Shown here one piece after another: positions 1-11,380 of a DNA stretch of 64,000 bases. The notes beneath the pieces are model-generated. The model was not told where the DNA came from and made no database searches. It saw only the letters and a list, made by a program, of their open reading frames with translations. This DNA is from an uncultured Gammaproteobacteria bacterium (GTDB taxonomy: Bacteria > Patescibacteriota > Patescibacteriia > XYB2-FULL-38-15), in NCBI GenBank assembly GCA_965231095.1, contig OZ246416.1:343277-407276 (forward strand), given 5' to 3'. Every line of letters starts with the position of its first letter. Position 1 is the first letter of the stretch. A program made the translations under genes and the position numbers.

Positions 1-314
1 TTCCCTTCCCAATATTTTTCCCAAAGAGTATCAGTGCCGTGCGCCCCGTCCAAATGCGCAAAAATATTTTCCACCGCGAGTGGCGACTGGCCGGGTTCAT
101 CCAAAACCGCCTTGGGAATATCTATTGCTAAAAAAATCCAGCGACGTTTTGCTTCATAAAGATTCTGCCGCCAATTAACCCAAATTTCCCATGAACCCCA
201 AAGAAAAACCCAGAGGATTATAATCCACCCTCCGTCAGCGAAAAGGCGCCACATGATCGCGAGTGGCGACATTGACGCTAAAGTATCAAAATAACTCAAA
301 TCAATAGTGATCAT
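1..314 (-). CDS. Partial CDS (N-terminal ~104 aa, runs off window): membrane protein with two TM segments then an IDIPK...AVENIFAHLDG region, resembling the N-terminus of the VirD4-like ATPase at 40577-43246
   Basis: Hand translation of minus strand from ATG (complement of ~312-314): MITIDLSYFDTLASMSPLAIMWRLFADGGWIIILWVFLWGSWEIWVNWRQNLYEAKRRWIFLAIDIPKAVLDEPGQSPLAVENIFAHLDG...; not in ORF track because truncated. Confidence 0.35.
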   Translation of the reverse strand, partial: MITIDLSYFDTLASMSPLAIMWRLFADGGWIIILWVFLWGSWEIWVNWRQNLYEAKRRWIFLAIDIPKAVLDEPGQSPLAVENIFAHLDGAHGTDTLWEKYWEG

Positions 315-442
315 CACTACGTAAATTACTTTTATTCACAGACCTCCACATCTTTAATTATTATACCACAAAAATGCGTCAAGGTTAATATTAAACAAAA
401 AACCGCCCTACGATATCGCAGAGCGGTGAATTATCCACACCA

Positions 443-1273
443 TTATTTTCTATATTGTTCGGGAAAATTAAGCCGGCTGACCAAAAATCTCACAATCATT
501 ATACAAACAAAAGGAAACATTGCCGTAAAAGAAATCAGGGCAAAAATCGGTTTATTGATATTTATGGCCGCAAGAATTGTAAAAAAACAAATCAGGGCAT
601 AACCGATAATCGGCGCGTAATCAAACAAGTTCTCCTCTTCCGGCCGCTCGCGTTCAAAGAAAATTTTATAAAGAAAAACCGCGGAAAAAGAAATCGCCAT
701 CCATCCTAAAAAATTACTGATGGGCACGCCAAAATATTCTCCGGGATTAAACCACGACCACCATTCCATTTCTATCGCCAACGGCTCAAGAGAAAAATCC
801 CAGGCGACGACAATAAGCGAAGTTAAAAGCGCGCACCAAAAACTTACCCAAAATTTCTGTAAAAAGTGCGTATGCTTTGTAAATCTGAAATTTGTGATGT
901 GTTCCGAGACTTGATAGGAAAGATAAATAATCGCCGTCCACATAAAAATTATAAGCGCGGGAATATTTAAAAATTTCCATCCTAAAAATTCTGAATAATT
1001 ATAATATCCGTAAAAATTATTTGCCAAATTCACGCCGATAAATTCCGCCCCCAAACTTATCAGAAAAACTATAACCAGAAAAAGAATCGCGTTTCGCGTT
1101 CCGAATTTTCTGAAAGCGTGCCAAAGAGTAAAGGCAAAAACCGACAAAGTAAAAAACGCCGTCAAAATAAATCCTTGTTCCAACTCGCCCTGCCACAACA
1201 TAAAAATATAAAAAATAACAATGGCGGCGAAAAATAAATTGGCGAGAAAAAAATTTTCGTTTTTTGATTTCAT
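443..1273 (-). CDS. Polytopic integral membrane protein of unknown function (about 7 predicted TM helices)
   Basis: ORF track 276 aa; long hydrophobic stretches throughout; no recognisable catalytic motif. Confidence 0.5.
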   Translation of the reverse strand: MKSKNENFFLANLFFAAIVIFYIFMLWQGELEQGFILTAFFTLSVFAFTLWHAFRKFGTRNAILFLVIVFLISLGAEFIGVNLANNFYGYYNYSEFLGWKFLNIPALIIFMWTAIIYLSYQVSEHITNFRFTKHTHFLQKFWVSFWCALLTSLIVVAWDFSLEPLAIEMEWWSWFNPGEYFGVPISNFLGWMAISFSAVFLYKIFFERERPEEENLFDYAPIIGYALICFFTILAAININKPIFALISFTAMFPFVCIMIVRFLVSRLNFPEQYRK

Positions 1274-1296
1274 AAAGTCAACTGTTAACTGTCAAT

Positions 1297-1752
1297 TCAC
1301 AATGCCCCCAACTCGCGGAGCGCATGTTCAAATGTTTTTATGGCTTTTTTTGCCATGGTGTGATTTAGAGAAAAAGTTGCTTCGTGGACAAGTTGATTAC
1401 GCAAAACATGCGCCCACCACACTTTTCGCAGGCGGCTATATCTAAAAGTCGCGAACCGGATTCTCTCTCCCATGTCTTTGCCGGACATTGACATTGATTT
1501 TAAAACATAATCAAGAAGTTTGTCGGCCTCCATCACGGCGAGTTTATAATTCATCTCGCCCGGACCGTCAAGCATGGCTTCAATTTCCTGCCAGCGTTTT
1601 TTAATCCCGGTTTTATCAAGATCATATTCTCGGCTTTTAAAAAAAGTGGCAATGCCTTTGTACGCGCGGTAAATCAAAAAAATAAAAGCGATGGCGGCGA
1701 GCAGTCCGCCGATAAATTTTAGTAAAGAATAGAGATCAATTTCAACGGTCAT
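1297..1752 (-). CDS. Hypothetical protein with N-terminal TM anchor
   Basis: 151 aa ORF; hydrophobic segment FIGGLLAAIAFIFLIY near N-terminus; no identifiable domain. Confidence 0.45.
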   Translation of the reverse strand: MTVEIDLYSLLKFIGGLLAAIAFIFLIYRAYKGIATFFKSREYDLDKTGIKKRWQEIEAMLDGPGEMNYKLAVMEADKLLDYVLKSMSMSGKDMGERIRFATFRYSRLRKVWWAHVLRNQLVHEATFSLNHTMAKKAIKTFEHALRELGAL

Positions 1753-1757
1753 AGTTT

Positions 1758-2267
1758 TTAATTTTGGCTAATCCAGTTTTTTACTTTTTGATAACCGATA
1801 TCCAGCCTATCTCCAAATTCGTTATCTGATAGGTGCAACCCGACGACATTCGGATATTGCTTCAAAAAATTTTCATGATCAGTTATAAAACTCTCAATTT
1901 TTTCCAAAGTCTCATGGTATCCTTTTGCTTTATAAAGAGACTTCAATAATTTTTCGCTCAAATCTAAACTAATAATAAACACTCGATAACCATAATTCTC
2001 TATTCCCTTTTTAAGTTTGGCCCATTCTCTATCTACACTGGCATCGTAAATAAATGATAGCCCACTTTTTGTTATCTCTTCCAGTCTGTTATCACGACGC
2101 TTTATATATTCTGTATTATCTGACGAGCCGATATCTTCGACGACCTCTGTTCGGATAGCGTCATTACTAAAAATCGGGAGGTTCAGTTTCCAACTTAAAT
2201 AATGAGCGATCGGCGTTTTCGAACTTCCTGCTGCTCCGGCAAATGTAATTAAAAACTTATTCTCCAT
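1758..2267 (-). CDS. Small P-loop NTPase / nucleotide kinase-like protein
   Basis: Walker A-like FAGAAGSSKT at N-terminus, 169 aa. Confidence 0.55.
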   Translation of the reverse strand: MENKFLITFAGAAGSSKTPIAHYLSWKLNLPIFSNDAIRTEVVEDIGSSDNTEYIKRRDNRLEEITKSGLSFIYDASVDREWAKLKKGIENYGYRVFIISLDLSEKLLKSLYKAKGYHETLEKIESFITDHENFLKQYPNVVGLHLSDNEFGDRLDIGYQKVKNWISQN

Positions 2268-2274
2268 AATATTT

Positions 2275-2865
2275 TTACTCTTCCTTCCTCGTCCACACTA
2301 CCCTTGCCGGCGCGTCTTCATCAGACCATTTAATTTCCAAATTCCCGCCTTTGAACGCCCGGGCGATTTGTTTGCCGATAGAAACGGCCAGCTGATTTTC
2401 CGTGGTCGTGACGCGCACCTTGCGGCCCATATCCTCAATTTTTATAATCTGATCTTCCGGATCTCGCTTGAAAGCTCGCGCTCCGACATTTCGCACCAAA
2501 TTTATCATTTCACTTTTTTCTTCTGGCACTAAATTTTCCAAAATCAACTCCCCTTCCCATCCGGTTTTATTTTTTCCCCCAACAATCCACTTGCACTCGA
2601 CGCATAATTCTTTTGTCACCGGTTTTGGAGACAACATTTTTTTATATATTTTTTCAAAATTTGGAATCGTGTGCCAATGCTCATCAAAATAAACCGCGCC
2701 GCAACGGGAACAAACGCGAAGCGGCTCCTTTCCTTTAACTTCTTTTTCCCACCAACTCGGGGCGATCCGCGGCGTGTGGCTGGCGGTTAATTTATTTTTT
2801 GCCGACCTTGTGGGCGCGGCTTGGCTTGTTAACTTTTTTCCTTTTTTAACGTTGATTTTTCTCAT
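2275..2865 (-). CDS. Zinc-ribbon protein (CxxC...CxxC), possibly NMD3-like family
   Basis: 196 aa; CSRCGAVYFDEHWH...CVECKW cysteine pairs; basic N-terminus. Confidence 0.4.
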   Translation of the reverse strand: MRKINVKKGKKLTSQAAPTRSAKNKLTASHTPRIAPSWWEKEVKGKEPLRVCSRCGAVYFDEHWHTIPNFEKIYKKMLSPKPVTKELCVECKWIVGGKNKTGWEGELILENLVPEEKSEMINLVRNVGARAFKRDPEDQIIKIEDMGRKVRVTTTENQLAVSIGKQIARAFKGGNLEIKWSDEDAPARVVWTRKEE

Positions 2866-2905
2866 AATATTATTTTTTTAACCCGACTAAAGTCGGGGCT
2901 CCTTA

Positions 2906-2935
2906 AAAACGGACTCCTCACTTTAGTGAGGACTG
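2906..2935 (-). terminator. Putative intrinsic terminator downstream of gatA (hairpin tcctcac/gtgagga followed by T-run on minus strand)
   Basis: Inverted repeat read directly; T-tract ccgttttt on minus strand. Confidence 0.4.
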
Positions 2936-2952
2936 CAAACCCAGTAAATTAT

Positions 2953-4365
2953 TTAAATCATCTTTGCTACTTCAAGCATTATCTCTTCGCCAAACCACGG
3001 CGCCATAATTTGAACACCAACCGGTAATTTGTCCGCAACGCCCGCCGGAACGGAAATGGCCGGAAGCCCGGCCACGTTTGCCGAAACCGTGAAGACATCG
3101 GATAAATACATCAATAGCGGGTCGTCAATTTTTTCTCCAATTTTAAATGCTGTGGTCGGCGCGGTCGGCATTACCAAACAATCAACTTCCTTAAAAACTT
3201 TAAGAAAGTCCTCGCGAATCAGCGTCCGCATTTTTTGCGCTTGCAAATAATATGCGTCATAATATCCGGCGGAAAGCGCGTAAGTCCCAAGCATGATCCG
3301 ACGCTTTACCTCATCACCTAAACCTTCGGCCCGAGTTTTTAAATATGTTTCCAATAATGTTTTTGCTTTTTTAGTTTGATAACCATATCGCACACCGTCG
3401 TAGCGCGCCATATTTGCCGAAACCTCAGCCGGCACAATCAAATAATAAACCGCCAGAGCGTATTTGGCATGCGGCAAACTGACATTAATAATTTCCGCGC
3501 CAGATTTTTTTAATTTATCCACTGCGTCGCGCACGCATTTTTCCACGTCTTTATCCATCCCGGCTATAAAATATTCCTTTGGCAAACCAATCCTCAATCC
3601 TTTAATATTTATTTGCTTATTAGTTTTTTTATTTATCTGCTCAACTGTTGTTGAATCCATCTTATCTTTCCCGCGAATTATATCAAAAACAATTTCCGCG
3701 TCTTCCACATTTTTTGTAATCGGTCCGATCTGATCCAAACTTGACGCCATGGCCATCAAACCATAACGGGAAACCGCGCCGTAAGTCGGTTTTAATCCGA
3801 CAACGCCACAAAAGCTGGCTGGCTGGCGAACCGATCCGCCCGTATCAGAACCAAGCGCGTAAATACACATATTGGCCGCGACCGCCGCCGCCGAGCCGCC
3901 CGACGATCCGCCGGCAACGCGAGCCATATCATGCGGATTTTTTGTCACGCCAAAATATGATGTCTCAGTTGACGCGCCCATAGCAAATTCATCCAGATTT
4001 GTTTTTCCCAAAATCACCGCCCCGGCGACGCGCAATTTTTCCACCACCGTCGCGTCGTACGTTGCAACATAATTTTCCAGAATTTTTGAGCCGGCCGTCG
4101 CGCGGATATCTTTTACTAAAATATTATCCTTCAGTGCCATCGGCACACCTTCCAAAATTCCGATCTTTTTCCCTGCGGAAATTTTTTTATCAACCGCTTT
4201 TGCCGCTTCCATCGCCTCACGCTCCGTCATGGTGATAAACGCGTTTAATTTTTTATTGAACTTTTTAATTTGCGCCAAACAAGCTTCAGTTAATTCAACT
4301 GAAGTAAATTTCTTTGCCACAAGTCCGTCATGAGCCTGTTGGATGGTTAGTTCATTTAATTCCAT
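2953..4365 (-). CDS. gatA: Glu-tRNA(Gln)/Asp-tRNA(Asn) amidotransferase subunit A
   Basis: 470 aa; amidase signature GGSSGGSAAAVAA; typical GatA length and flanking gatC. Confidence 0.95.
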   Translation of the reverse strand: MELNELTIQQAHDGLVAKKFTSVELTEACLAQIKKFNKKLNAFITMTEREAMEAAKAVDKKISAGKKIGILEGVPMALKDNILVKDIRATAGSKILENYVATYDATVVEKLRVAGAVILGKTNLDEFAMGASTETSYFGVTKNPHDMARVAGGSSGGSAAAVAANMCIYALGSDTGGSVRQPASFCGVVGLKPTYGAVSRYGLMAMASSLDQIGPITKNVEDAEIVFDIIRGKDKMDSTTVEQINKKTNKQINIKGLRIGLPKEYFIAGMDKDVEKCVRDAVDKLKKSGAEIINVSLPHAKYALAVYYLIVPAEVSANMARYDGVRYGYQTKKAKTLLETYLKTRAEGLGDEVKRRIMLGTYALSAGYYDAYYLQAQKMRTLIREDFLKVFKEVDCLVMPTAPTTAFKIGEKIDDPLLMYLSDVFTVSANVAGLPAISVPAGVADKLPVGVQIMAPWFGEEIMLEVAKMI

Positions 4366-4390
4366 AGAATAATTTTTGTGATTACCGCCC

Positions 4391-4429
4391 TTTTGTCTTT
4401 GCGAGGCGCCTTAGCGCCGAAGCAATCTC
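4391..4429. repeat. Left half of a split palindromic repeat (tttgtctttgcgaggcgccttagcgccgaagcaatctc), partner at 4738-4770
   Basis: Reverse complement matches 4738-4770 and the repeat is near-identical to 4797-4836. Confidence 0.6.
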
Positions 4430-4440
4430 CTCCTTCTCTT

Positions 4441-4731
4441 TTATAAATCATCACTTAAATCCCACCACTCTGAATTATCTTTTTCAATCAAGTCTATCTT
4501 TTTCTTTCTTGAACCACCTTTAATTTGTTTTTCTCTCGCGATGGCTTCTTCTACATTGGTGAAAATTTCGTAGTGAACTAATTTATTTAAATTGTATTTT
4601 GAGGTAAAACCTTTAATTAATTTTTGTTTATGCTGCCATGTTCTATTTGGTAAATTATTGGTGACGCCCGTGTACAAAGTGGTATTCCACTTGTTGGTCA
4701 ATATATAAACGTAATAATATCTTTCTTCCAT
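4441..4731 (-). CDS. GIY-YIG nuclease family protein (UPF0213-like, standalone ~96 aa)
   Basis: YYYVYILTN...LYTGVTNNLPNRTWQHK and REKQIKGGSRKKK motifs typical of small GIY-YIG proteins. Confidence 0.85.
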   Translation of the reverse strand: MEERYYYVYILTNKWNTTLYTGVTNNLPNRTWQHKQKLIKGFTSKYNLNKLVHYEIFTNVEEAIAREKQIKGGSRKKKIDLIEKDNSEWWDLSDDL

Positions 4732-4737
4732 GCTAAT

Positions 4738-4770
4738 GAGATTGCTTCGCTGCGGCTCGCAATGACAAAA
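4738..4770. repeat. Right half of the split palindromic repeat (gagattgcttcgctgcggctcgcaatgacaaaa)
   Basis: Inverted copy of 4391-4429 / 4797-4836 arm; near-identical to 4857-4887. Confidence 0.6.
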
Positions 4771-4796
4771 CGGGGGTTGTCTTTACGAGGACGGTG

Positions 4797-4887
4797 TTTT
4801 TGTCTTTGCGAGGCGCCTTAACGCCGAAGCAATCTCATCAATGTCGTTATCCGTGGGATTGCTTCGCTGCGGCTCGCAATGACAGAA
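4797..4887. repeat. Intact (unoccupied) copy of the same palindromic element: two arms separated by a 20-nt loop
   Basis: Arms 4797-4836 and 4857-4887 are reverse complements (gaagcaatc / gattgcttc core) and match the arms flanking the GIY-YIG gene. Confidence 0.6.
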
Positions 4888-4888
4888 A

Positions 4889-5182
4889 TTACTCAAATAC
4901 CGCTTTCACTTTTACCAAATTATCAATTCTCTCCGGCGCGGCGGCGACTAACTTTTTCATTGTTTCCTCGTCGCATTTTTTTACCTCATCCGGCCGGGCG
5001 ACATTTGTAAAAACTGTCACCTGTGCTGTAGGCACTGCCTTGCTTAAATCAACTTTTTGTAATTCTTTAAAATATCCCAAAACCGCGGACAATTGTCCGC
5101 CAAATTTCTCCTTTTCTTTTTCAGTCAATTCCAGCCGCGCCAAAGTGGCAATGTGTTCAACTTCTTGCTTTGTAAGTTTCAT
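4889..5182 (-). CDS. gatC: Glu-tRNA(Gln) amidotransferase subunit C
   Basis: 97 aa; conserved GatC N-terminus and position upstream of gatA. Confidence 0.9.
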   Translation of the reverse strand: MKLTKQEVEHIATLARLELTEKEKEKFGGQLSAVLGYFKELQKVDLSKAVPTAQVTVFTNVARPDEVKKCDEETMKKLVAAAPERIDNLVKVKAVFE

Positions 5183-5212
5183 ATTATTTTATTATACTGC
5201 GTCGACCATAAA

Positions 5213-7291
<2,079 letters not shown>

Positions 7292-7336
7292 TTAAATTTT
7301 CAATTCTCATTTCCAAAATCCGATTTCCTAAATTTT

Positions 7337-8218
7337 CTACGGACAAACCGCTTCGGCTCCTTTCACGAGCGAACATTCGCTAAATAAAACATAATCGTAC
7401 AGGCCGGACATCGGCGATTTTCTGGGCATTGTCACTCTGATCGCCTGACGCGCGACGCCGTATTCTCCAGCAGAACTTAAAACAATCCTCGCGGGAATTT
7501 CTATCTGCGGGGGGGCGGCGTTATCCGCTCCCCAAGAGGTAATTATAACATTATTTATATCACAATAAAGTGCCTTGATTCGGAGCCGATAAGACTTGGC
7601 CCCCGAAAAACCGTTATTAATAACCGGACTTGCGAGCGCACTGTATTTAAATTTCTGCTCCCCCGCTTCCGACCATCCGGCCGCCGGATCCCAGGCAACA
7701 TAACTAACTTCAATCATAGAAACCGCCGGCAGGACACAATCCGGCACCCATTCAATTTTAACAGATTCAACTCCCGCGGCAACCGCATTTTCCGGATCAA
7801 AAAGATCTATCTGCATGGAATTATCTTTTTCTACTTTTCCATAAATCTGCGGCTCGCGGTCAATAATTGTTCTCTCCCAAGAAGACCCATTACTCAAATC
7901 TCCGGCCGCCGAAATACATGCCTCCCCTCCCCCTGCCGAGCAAAATCCATTCGCCCCGCACGCTCCGGCTGGACAATTTAGGACTGCGTCTTCTTTTCTT
8001 AATTTATAAATCGCCTGCTCAACTCCCGCTTCGGAGGCAAAATAAGCCACCGTGGAAAAATCAATATTTCTCGCCTGTTTAATTTCATTTAAAATAATCG
8101 CGCCAATTCCAAGCCCAGCCGTCATAATTCCCGCCATGACAAGCAAGGCAAGCAATAAAACATTTCCATGTTCGGTTCCAAAATTTTTAATTTTGAATTG
8201 TAATTTTAAATTTTGCAT
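7337..8218 (-). CDS. Pilus-locus protein with N-terminal TM anchor (PilX-like position), function unknown
   Basis: 293 aa; N-terminal hydrophobic helix; lies at the distal end of the type IV pilus gene cluster. Confidence 0.4.
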   Translation of the reverse strand: MQNLKLQFKIKNFGTEHGNVLLLALLVMAGIMTAGLGIGAIILNEIKQARNIDFSTVAYFASEAGVEQAIYKLRKEDAVLNCPAGACGANGFCSAGGGEACISAAGDLSNGSSWERTIIDREPQIYGKVEKDNSMQIDLFDPENAVAAGVESVKIEWVPDCVLPAVSMIEVSYVAWDPAAGWSEAGEQKFKYSALASPVINNGFSGAKSYRLRIKALYCDINNVIITSWGADNAAPPQIEIPARIVLSSAGEYGVARQAIRVTMPRKSPMSGLYDYVLFSECSLVKGAEAVCP

Positions 8219-8231
8219 TTTTAATTTTGGA

Positions 8232-8810
8232 TTACCTGCGGTATATTCTTCCGGACACTGTCGTTTGTAAATAAATTGTTTCCTGCTCTTCCGCCCGGCC
8301 GCCGATTCCTTTCGTCACAAGCACTATTGTCACCCGCGGCTGATTGTTTGAATCATAAAGATTCATCATGTTTAATTTAAAAGGATCCAAAACGGGATCA
8401 ATATAAAATTTTAAATCTTCCACGTTATTTCCTTTCGAAGTGATGCTCGCCCAAGTCAACCCTTCGTCCTGGCTCACTACAAGACACTTTGCCGTCCCCA
8501 AAGGACAGTTGTCCGCGCTTTTTTTAAAAATAATTGAATTGTTATCCGCGTCGAGAAGCGCGAGTTCGTCTTCCGGCGAATTTATTCCTCCGGCATAGCC
8601 CGCCCAACTATAATCAATCATATCCATTTTTATTTCCCGAGATACGGCTTCCATGGAATACCGCGCGTCGGATTGAACTTTCTCTATTGCCAAAGTCCGG
8701 CGCTGGGCTTTTCCCGCCATCATAAAAATATCAATAATCACAACCGTAGCCACGGAAAAAATCGCAAGCACAACCATCATTTCAACCAAGGTAAATCCTC
8801 TCTTGTTCAT
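8232..8810 (-). CDS. Prepilin-type N-terminal cleavage/methylation domain protein (minor pilin/pseudopilin)
   Basis: N-terminus MNKRGFTLVEMMVVLAIF = class III signal peptide. Confidence 0.7.
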   Translation of the reverse strand: MNKRGFTLVEMMVVLAIFSVATVVIIDIFMMAGKAQRRTLAIEKVQSDARYSMEAVSREIKMDMIDYSWAGYAGGINSPEDELALLDADNNSIIFKKSADNCPLGTAKCLVVSQDEGLTWASITSKGNNVEDLKFYIDPVLDPFKLNMMNLYDSNNQPRVTIVLVTKGIGGRAEEQETIYLQTTVSGRIYRR

Positions 8811-8820
8811 AATATTTATT

Positions 8821-9423
8821 TCACCGCCAGTTATAAATTCTATCTTCGATTACCACATCGCGCGCGCGCCCGGAAAGAGTCCACTTCACTTCCGACTTAA
8901 TTCTTATTCCAATTTTTTCTTCCCCTCCGCCGCAAGGATTACCGGTAATATTTTCTGTTTGCGCCGCCACATTAAAACAAATCGGATCCAAAGTTATGAG
9001 CCGAAAATATTCAGTTGGCGTTCCTCCCAGTGGAATCACGTCTTGCAAATATAAATTTTCCGGACTGCGATATAATTTCGCCGCCGCGTCAGTTGCGGCA
9101 TTCGGCGTAAAATCAAGCCCCCACATTTTTGTCAGCGGATTAAAAACCGCGATTGCCGTAAAATCATTTCCCAAAGAAAGCCCCGAATCCCAAGCTAAAT
9201 TCTGAAGCCAATTTGCGTCGCGAAAATTACGCGCCACTTCCACTCCTTCTCGCGCGAGGTTTGACGCCACCACTCTCGTCCCAGCCTCATCCACTCCGGA
9301 CAAATTGGAAATGGTGAGCGTTAGGGCGCCAACCAAACCGGTTATAATAATGGCGATAGCGATAATCATTTCAACCAAACTCTGCCCGGATTGCGATCTC
9401 AAATTTTTAAAATTAGAAATCAT
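8821..9423 (-). CDS. Prepilin-type minor pilin
   Basis: GQSLVEMIIAIAIIITGL N-terminal motif. Confidence 0.65.
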   Translation of the reverse strand: MISNFKNLRSQSGQSLVEMIIAIAIIITGLVGALTLTISNLSGVDEAGTRVVASNLAREGVEVARNFRDANWLQNLAWDSGLSLGNDFTAIAVFNPLTKMWGLDFTPNAATDAAAKLYRSPENLYLQDVIPLGGTPTEYFRLITLDPICFNVAAQTENITGNPCGGGEEKIGIRIKSEVKWTLSGRARDVVIEDRIYNWR

Positions 9424-9432
9424 AATTCAATC

Positions 9433-9948
9433 TTATTCCACGTCAATGCGCCCGGAAATTCTATTTAAAATTATTTTTTTCATTTTACCGCTCAAGCTGT
9501 GTTTTAAAGTTATTGCGAGAAGATTATCAATCGTGCCGCCATTGATATAAGCCGTGGGCTTTGGCGGTTTGAAAGTCACAGCCGACGCCGCCGCGGGCGA
9601 AATTCCGGTAATAACAATATCGAGAGGCAGGGAGATTGACCCGCCAGGAAGGGCTTCGCCGTCATCATAAAAAAAATTCCCATTTTTGTCGGCAAAAATT
9701 ATGTATCCGTCCGGATTTCCTAAGTTAAAAGAGACGCCATATCCTCCGAGCGGCGTCATACCCAGAAATTGTTCTCCGGCCAAAGCCATGTTTTGCGCTC
9801 GGCGCAAATTGGAAGCGACTGTTTCCGCCGCGATTTTCAATTCATCACTTCGGCTCCCGCCACGAAAATTTGAGACGACCATAGTCGTCACAATAATAAA
9901 AATTCCCAAAGAAATAAGCAGTTCAATTATTGTAAACCCGCGTTTCAT
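9433..9948 (-). CDS. Prepilin-type minor pilin / pseudopilin (GspH/FimT-like)
   Basis: MKRGFTIIELLISLGIF N-terminal prepilin motif. Confidence 0.7.
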   Translation of the reverse strand: MKRGFTIIELLISLGIFIIVTTMVVSNFRGGSRSDELKIAAETVASNLRRAQNMALAGEQFLGMTPLGGYGVSFNLGNPDGYIIFADKNGNFFYDDGEALPGGSISLPLDIVITGISPAAASAVTFKPPKPTAYINGGTIDNLLAITLKHSLSGKMKKIILNRISGRIDVE

Positions 9949-9949
9949 T

Positions 9950-10792
9950 TTAAAAATTTAAATACCATTGTAAAATTTTTTCTCCCCAAAACATCGCGAC
10001 GATTGTTCCGGCCGCAAGAAATGTTCCAAACGGCACCTGGCTTTTCATCGTTTTAATTTTTCCGGCCACCAAAATTAATCCGATAATTGCTCCGACTACA
10101 TAAGAAAAAAACAACGCCACACCAAGCCCGCCCAATCCTAAAATCAAACCCATTAGCGCTCCCATTTTTATGTCCCCTCCCCCAATCCACCTTCCTTTTG
10201 AAATTATATATTGCAAAAGAAAAAATCCACCGCCCAAAACTGCCGCAATAATCGGACCAAGTATCCCCCACCAAGAAATTTCTCCGCCGTAAATTAAGGG
10301 AATTGTCACCGCGACCACGGCCGCCGCGGGATAAATTATTTTATCCGGAATCAAATAATATTTAAGATCATAAACAAAAATTATAATCATTGCGGAAATC
10401 ACAAACCACTCTTTTGCCAACAAAAAAAAATTATAAGTTGTGAGTCGCAAATCGTATGGCAAGTACGCAAGCAAAAATAAAACCCCGGTTGCAAGTTCCA
10501 CCATCGGATATTGCCACGAAATTTTTTTTCCGCAGTGCCGGCATTTCCCCCCTTGAATTAAAAAACTTAAAACCGGAATGAGTTCAAGGGGACCTAAAAC
10601 GTGGCGGCATTTGGGGCAATGCGACCGGCCGGTCAAAATTGACTCCTCCTTGTGCATGCGCCAAATAATAACATTCAAAAAACTGCCGATAATTAAGCCG
10701 AAAATAAAGGCGATTGCAAACATCATATTAAACAAATTATACCATAAAAAATAATCCCCCGGAATAGCGGATTTTAATGTACTGCAAAACAA
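9950..10792 (-). CDS. pilD: Prepilin peptidase (A24 family)
   Basis: 280 aa; N-terminal Cys tetrad CPKC...CRHC and multiple TM helices. Confidence 0.9.
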   Translation of the reverse strand: MFCSTLKSAIPGDYFLWYNLFNMMFAIAFIFGLIIGSFLNVIIWRMHKEESILTGRSHCPKCRHVLGPLELIPVLSFLIQGGKCRHCGKKISWQYPMVELATGVLFLLAYLPYDLRLTTYNFFLLAKEWFVISAMIIIFVYDLKYYLIPDKIIYPAAAVVAVTIPLIYGGEISWWGILGPIIAAVLGGGFFLLQYIISKGRWIGGGDIKMGALMGLILGLGGLGVALFFSYVVGAIIGLILVAGKIKTMKSQVPFGTFLAAGTIVAMFWGEKILQWYLNF

Positions 10793-10844
10793 AAACTCTC
10801 CCGATAAACAGGAGAGTTTTTATCTCAAAATCTTCTGACTAAAT

Positions 10845-11294
10845 TTACTGCAGACCAGCCGGAGTCAAGGTATGAGCGCCAGCCGCCAAATCTCCGGTCG
10901 CGCCTTCGAGCCAAAAGTTAATTTCATAACTTCCTGCCGCCGCCGCGCCAAAAGAATAATTACATTTTGCCGCCGCTGGATCAGCGCAAGCCGCCGCGAC
11001 TCCACCCGGATCTTTCAGGGTCACAACACCCGGCAAAAAGTCAGGCGCCAAGGCAGCGCAAGCGGAAACCAACGATGGATTAGTACAAGTCGCACCAGCC
11101 GGATAAGTGTTATTCGCGCTGTAATACAACTCCATGGCTGTTTGGACCTGTTTCATATCAGCGACTCTCTTTGAATCTCTGGCTTTGGTTCTGGCTGAAG
11201 TCAAGGCAACAACTGCCAAAGTTGAGAGCAAGCCGATGATCGCGATAACCACGAGCAACTCAATCAAGGTAAAACCTTTTTTATTTTTAAACAT
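10845..11294 (-). CDS. pilA: Type IV major pilin
   Basis: MFKNKKGFTLIELLVVIAIIGLL prepilin leader plus mature N-terminus; 149 aa. Confidence 0.8.
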   Translation of the reverse strand: MFKNKKGFTLIELLVVIAIIGLLSTLAVVALTSARTKARDSKRVADMKQVQTAMELYYSANNTYPAGATCTNPSLVSACAALAPDFLPGVVTLKDPGGVAAACADPAAAKCNYSFGAAAAGSYEINFWLEGATGDLAAGAHTLTPAGLQ

Positions 11295-11380
11295 TCTTCC
11301 ACCTCCTTTCGTATGTCACAACTTTAAGCTTCTAAGTCGTGACTTTTAGGATTAAATTATTAATGAATTATATCACATTT

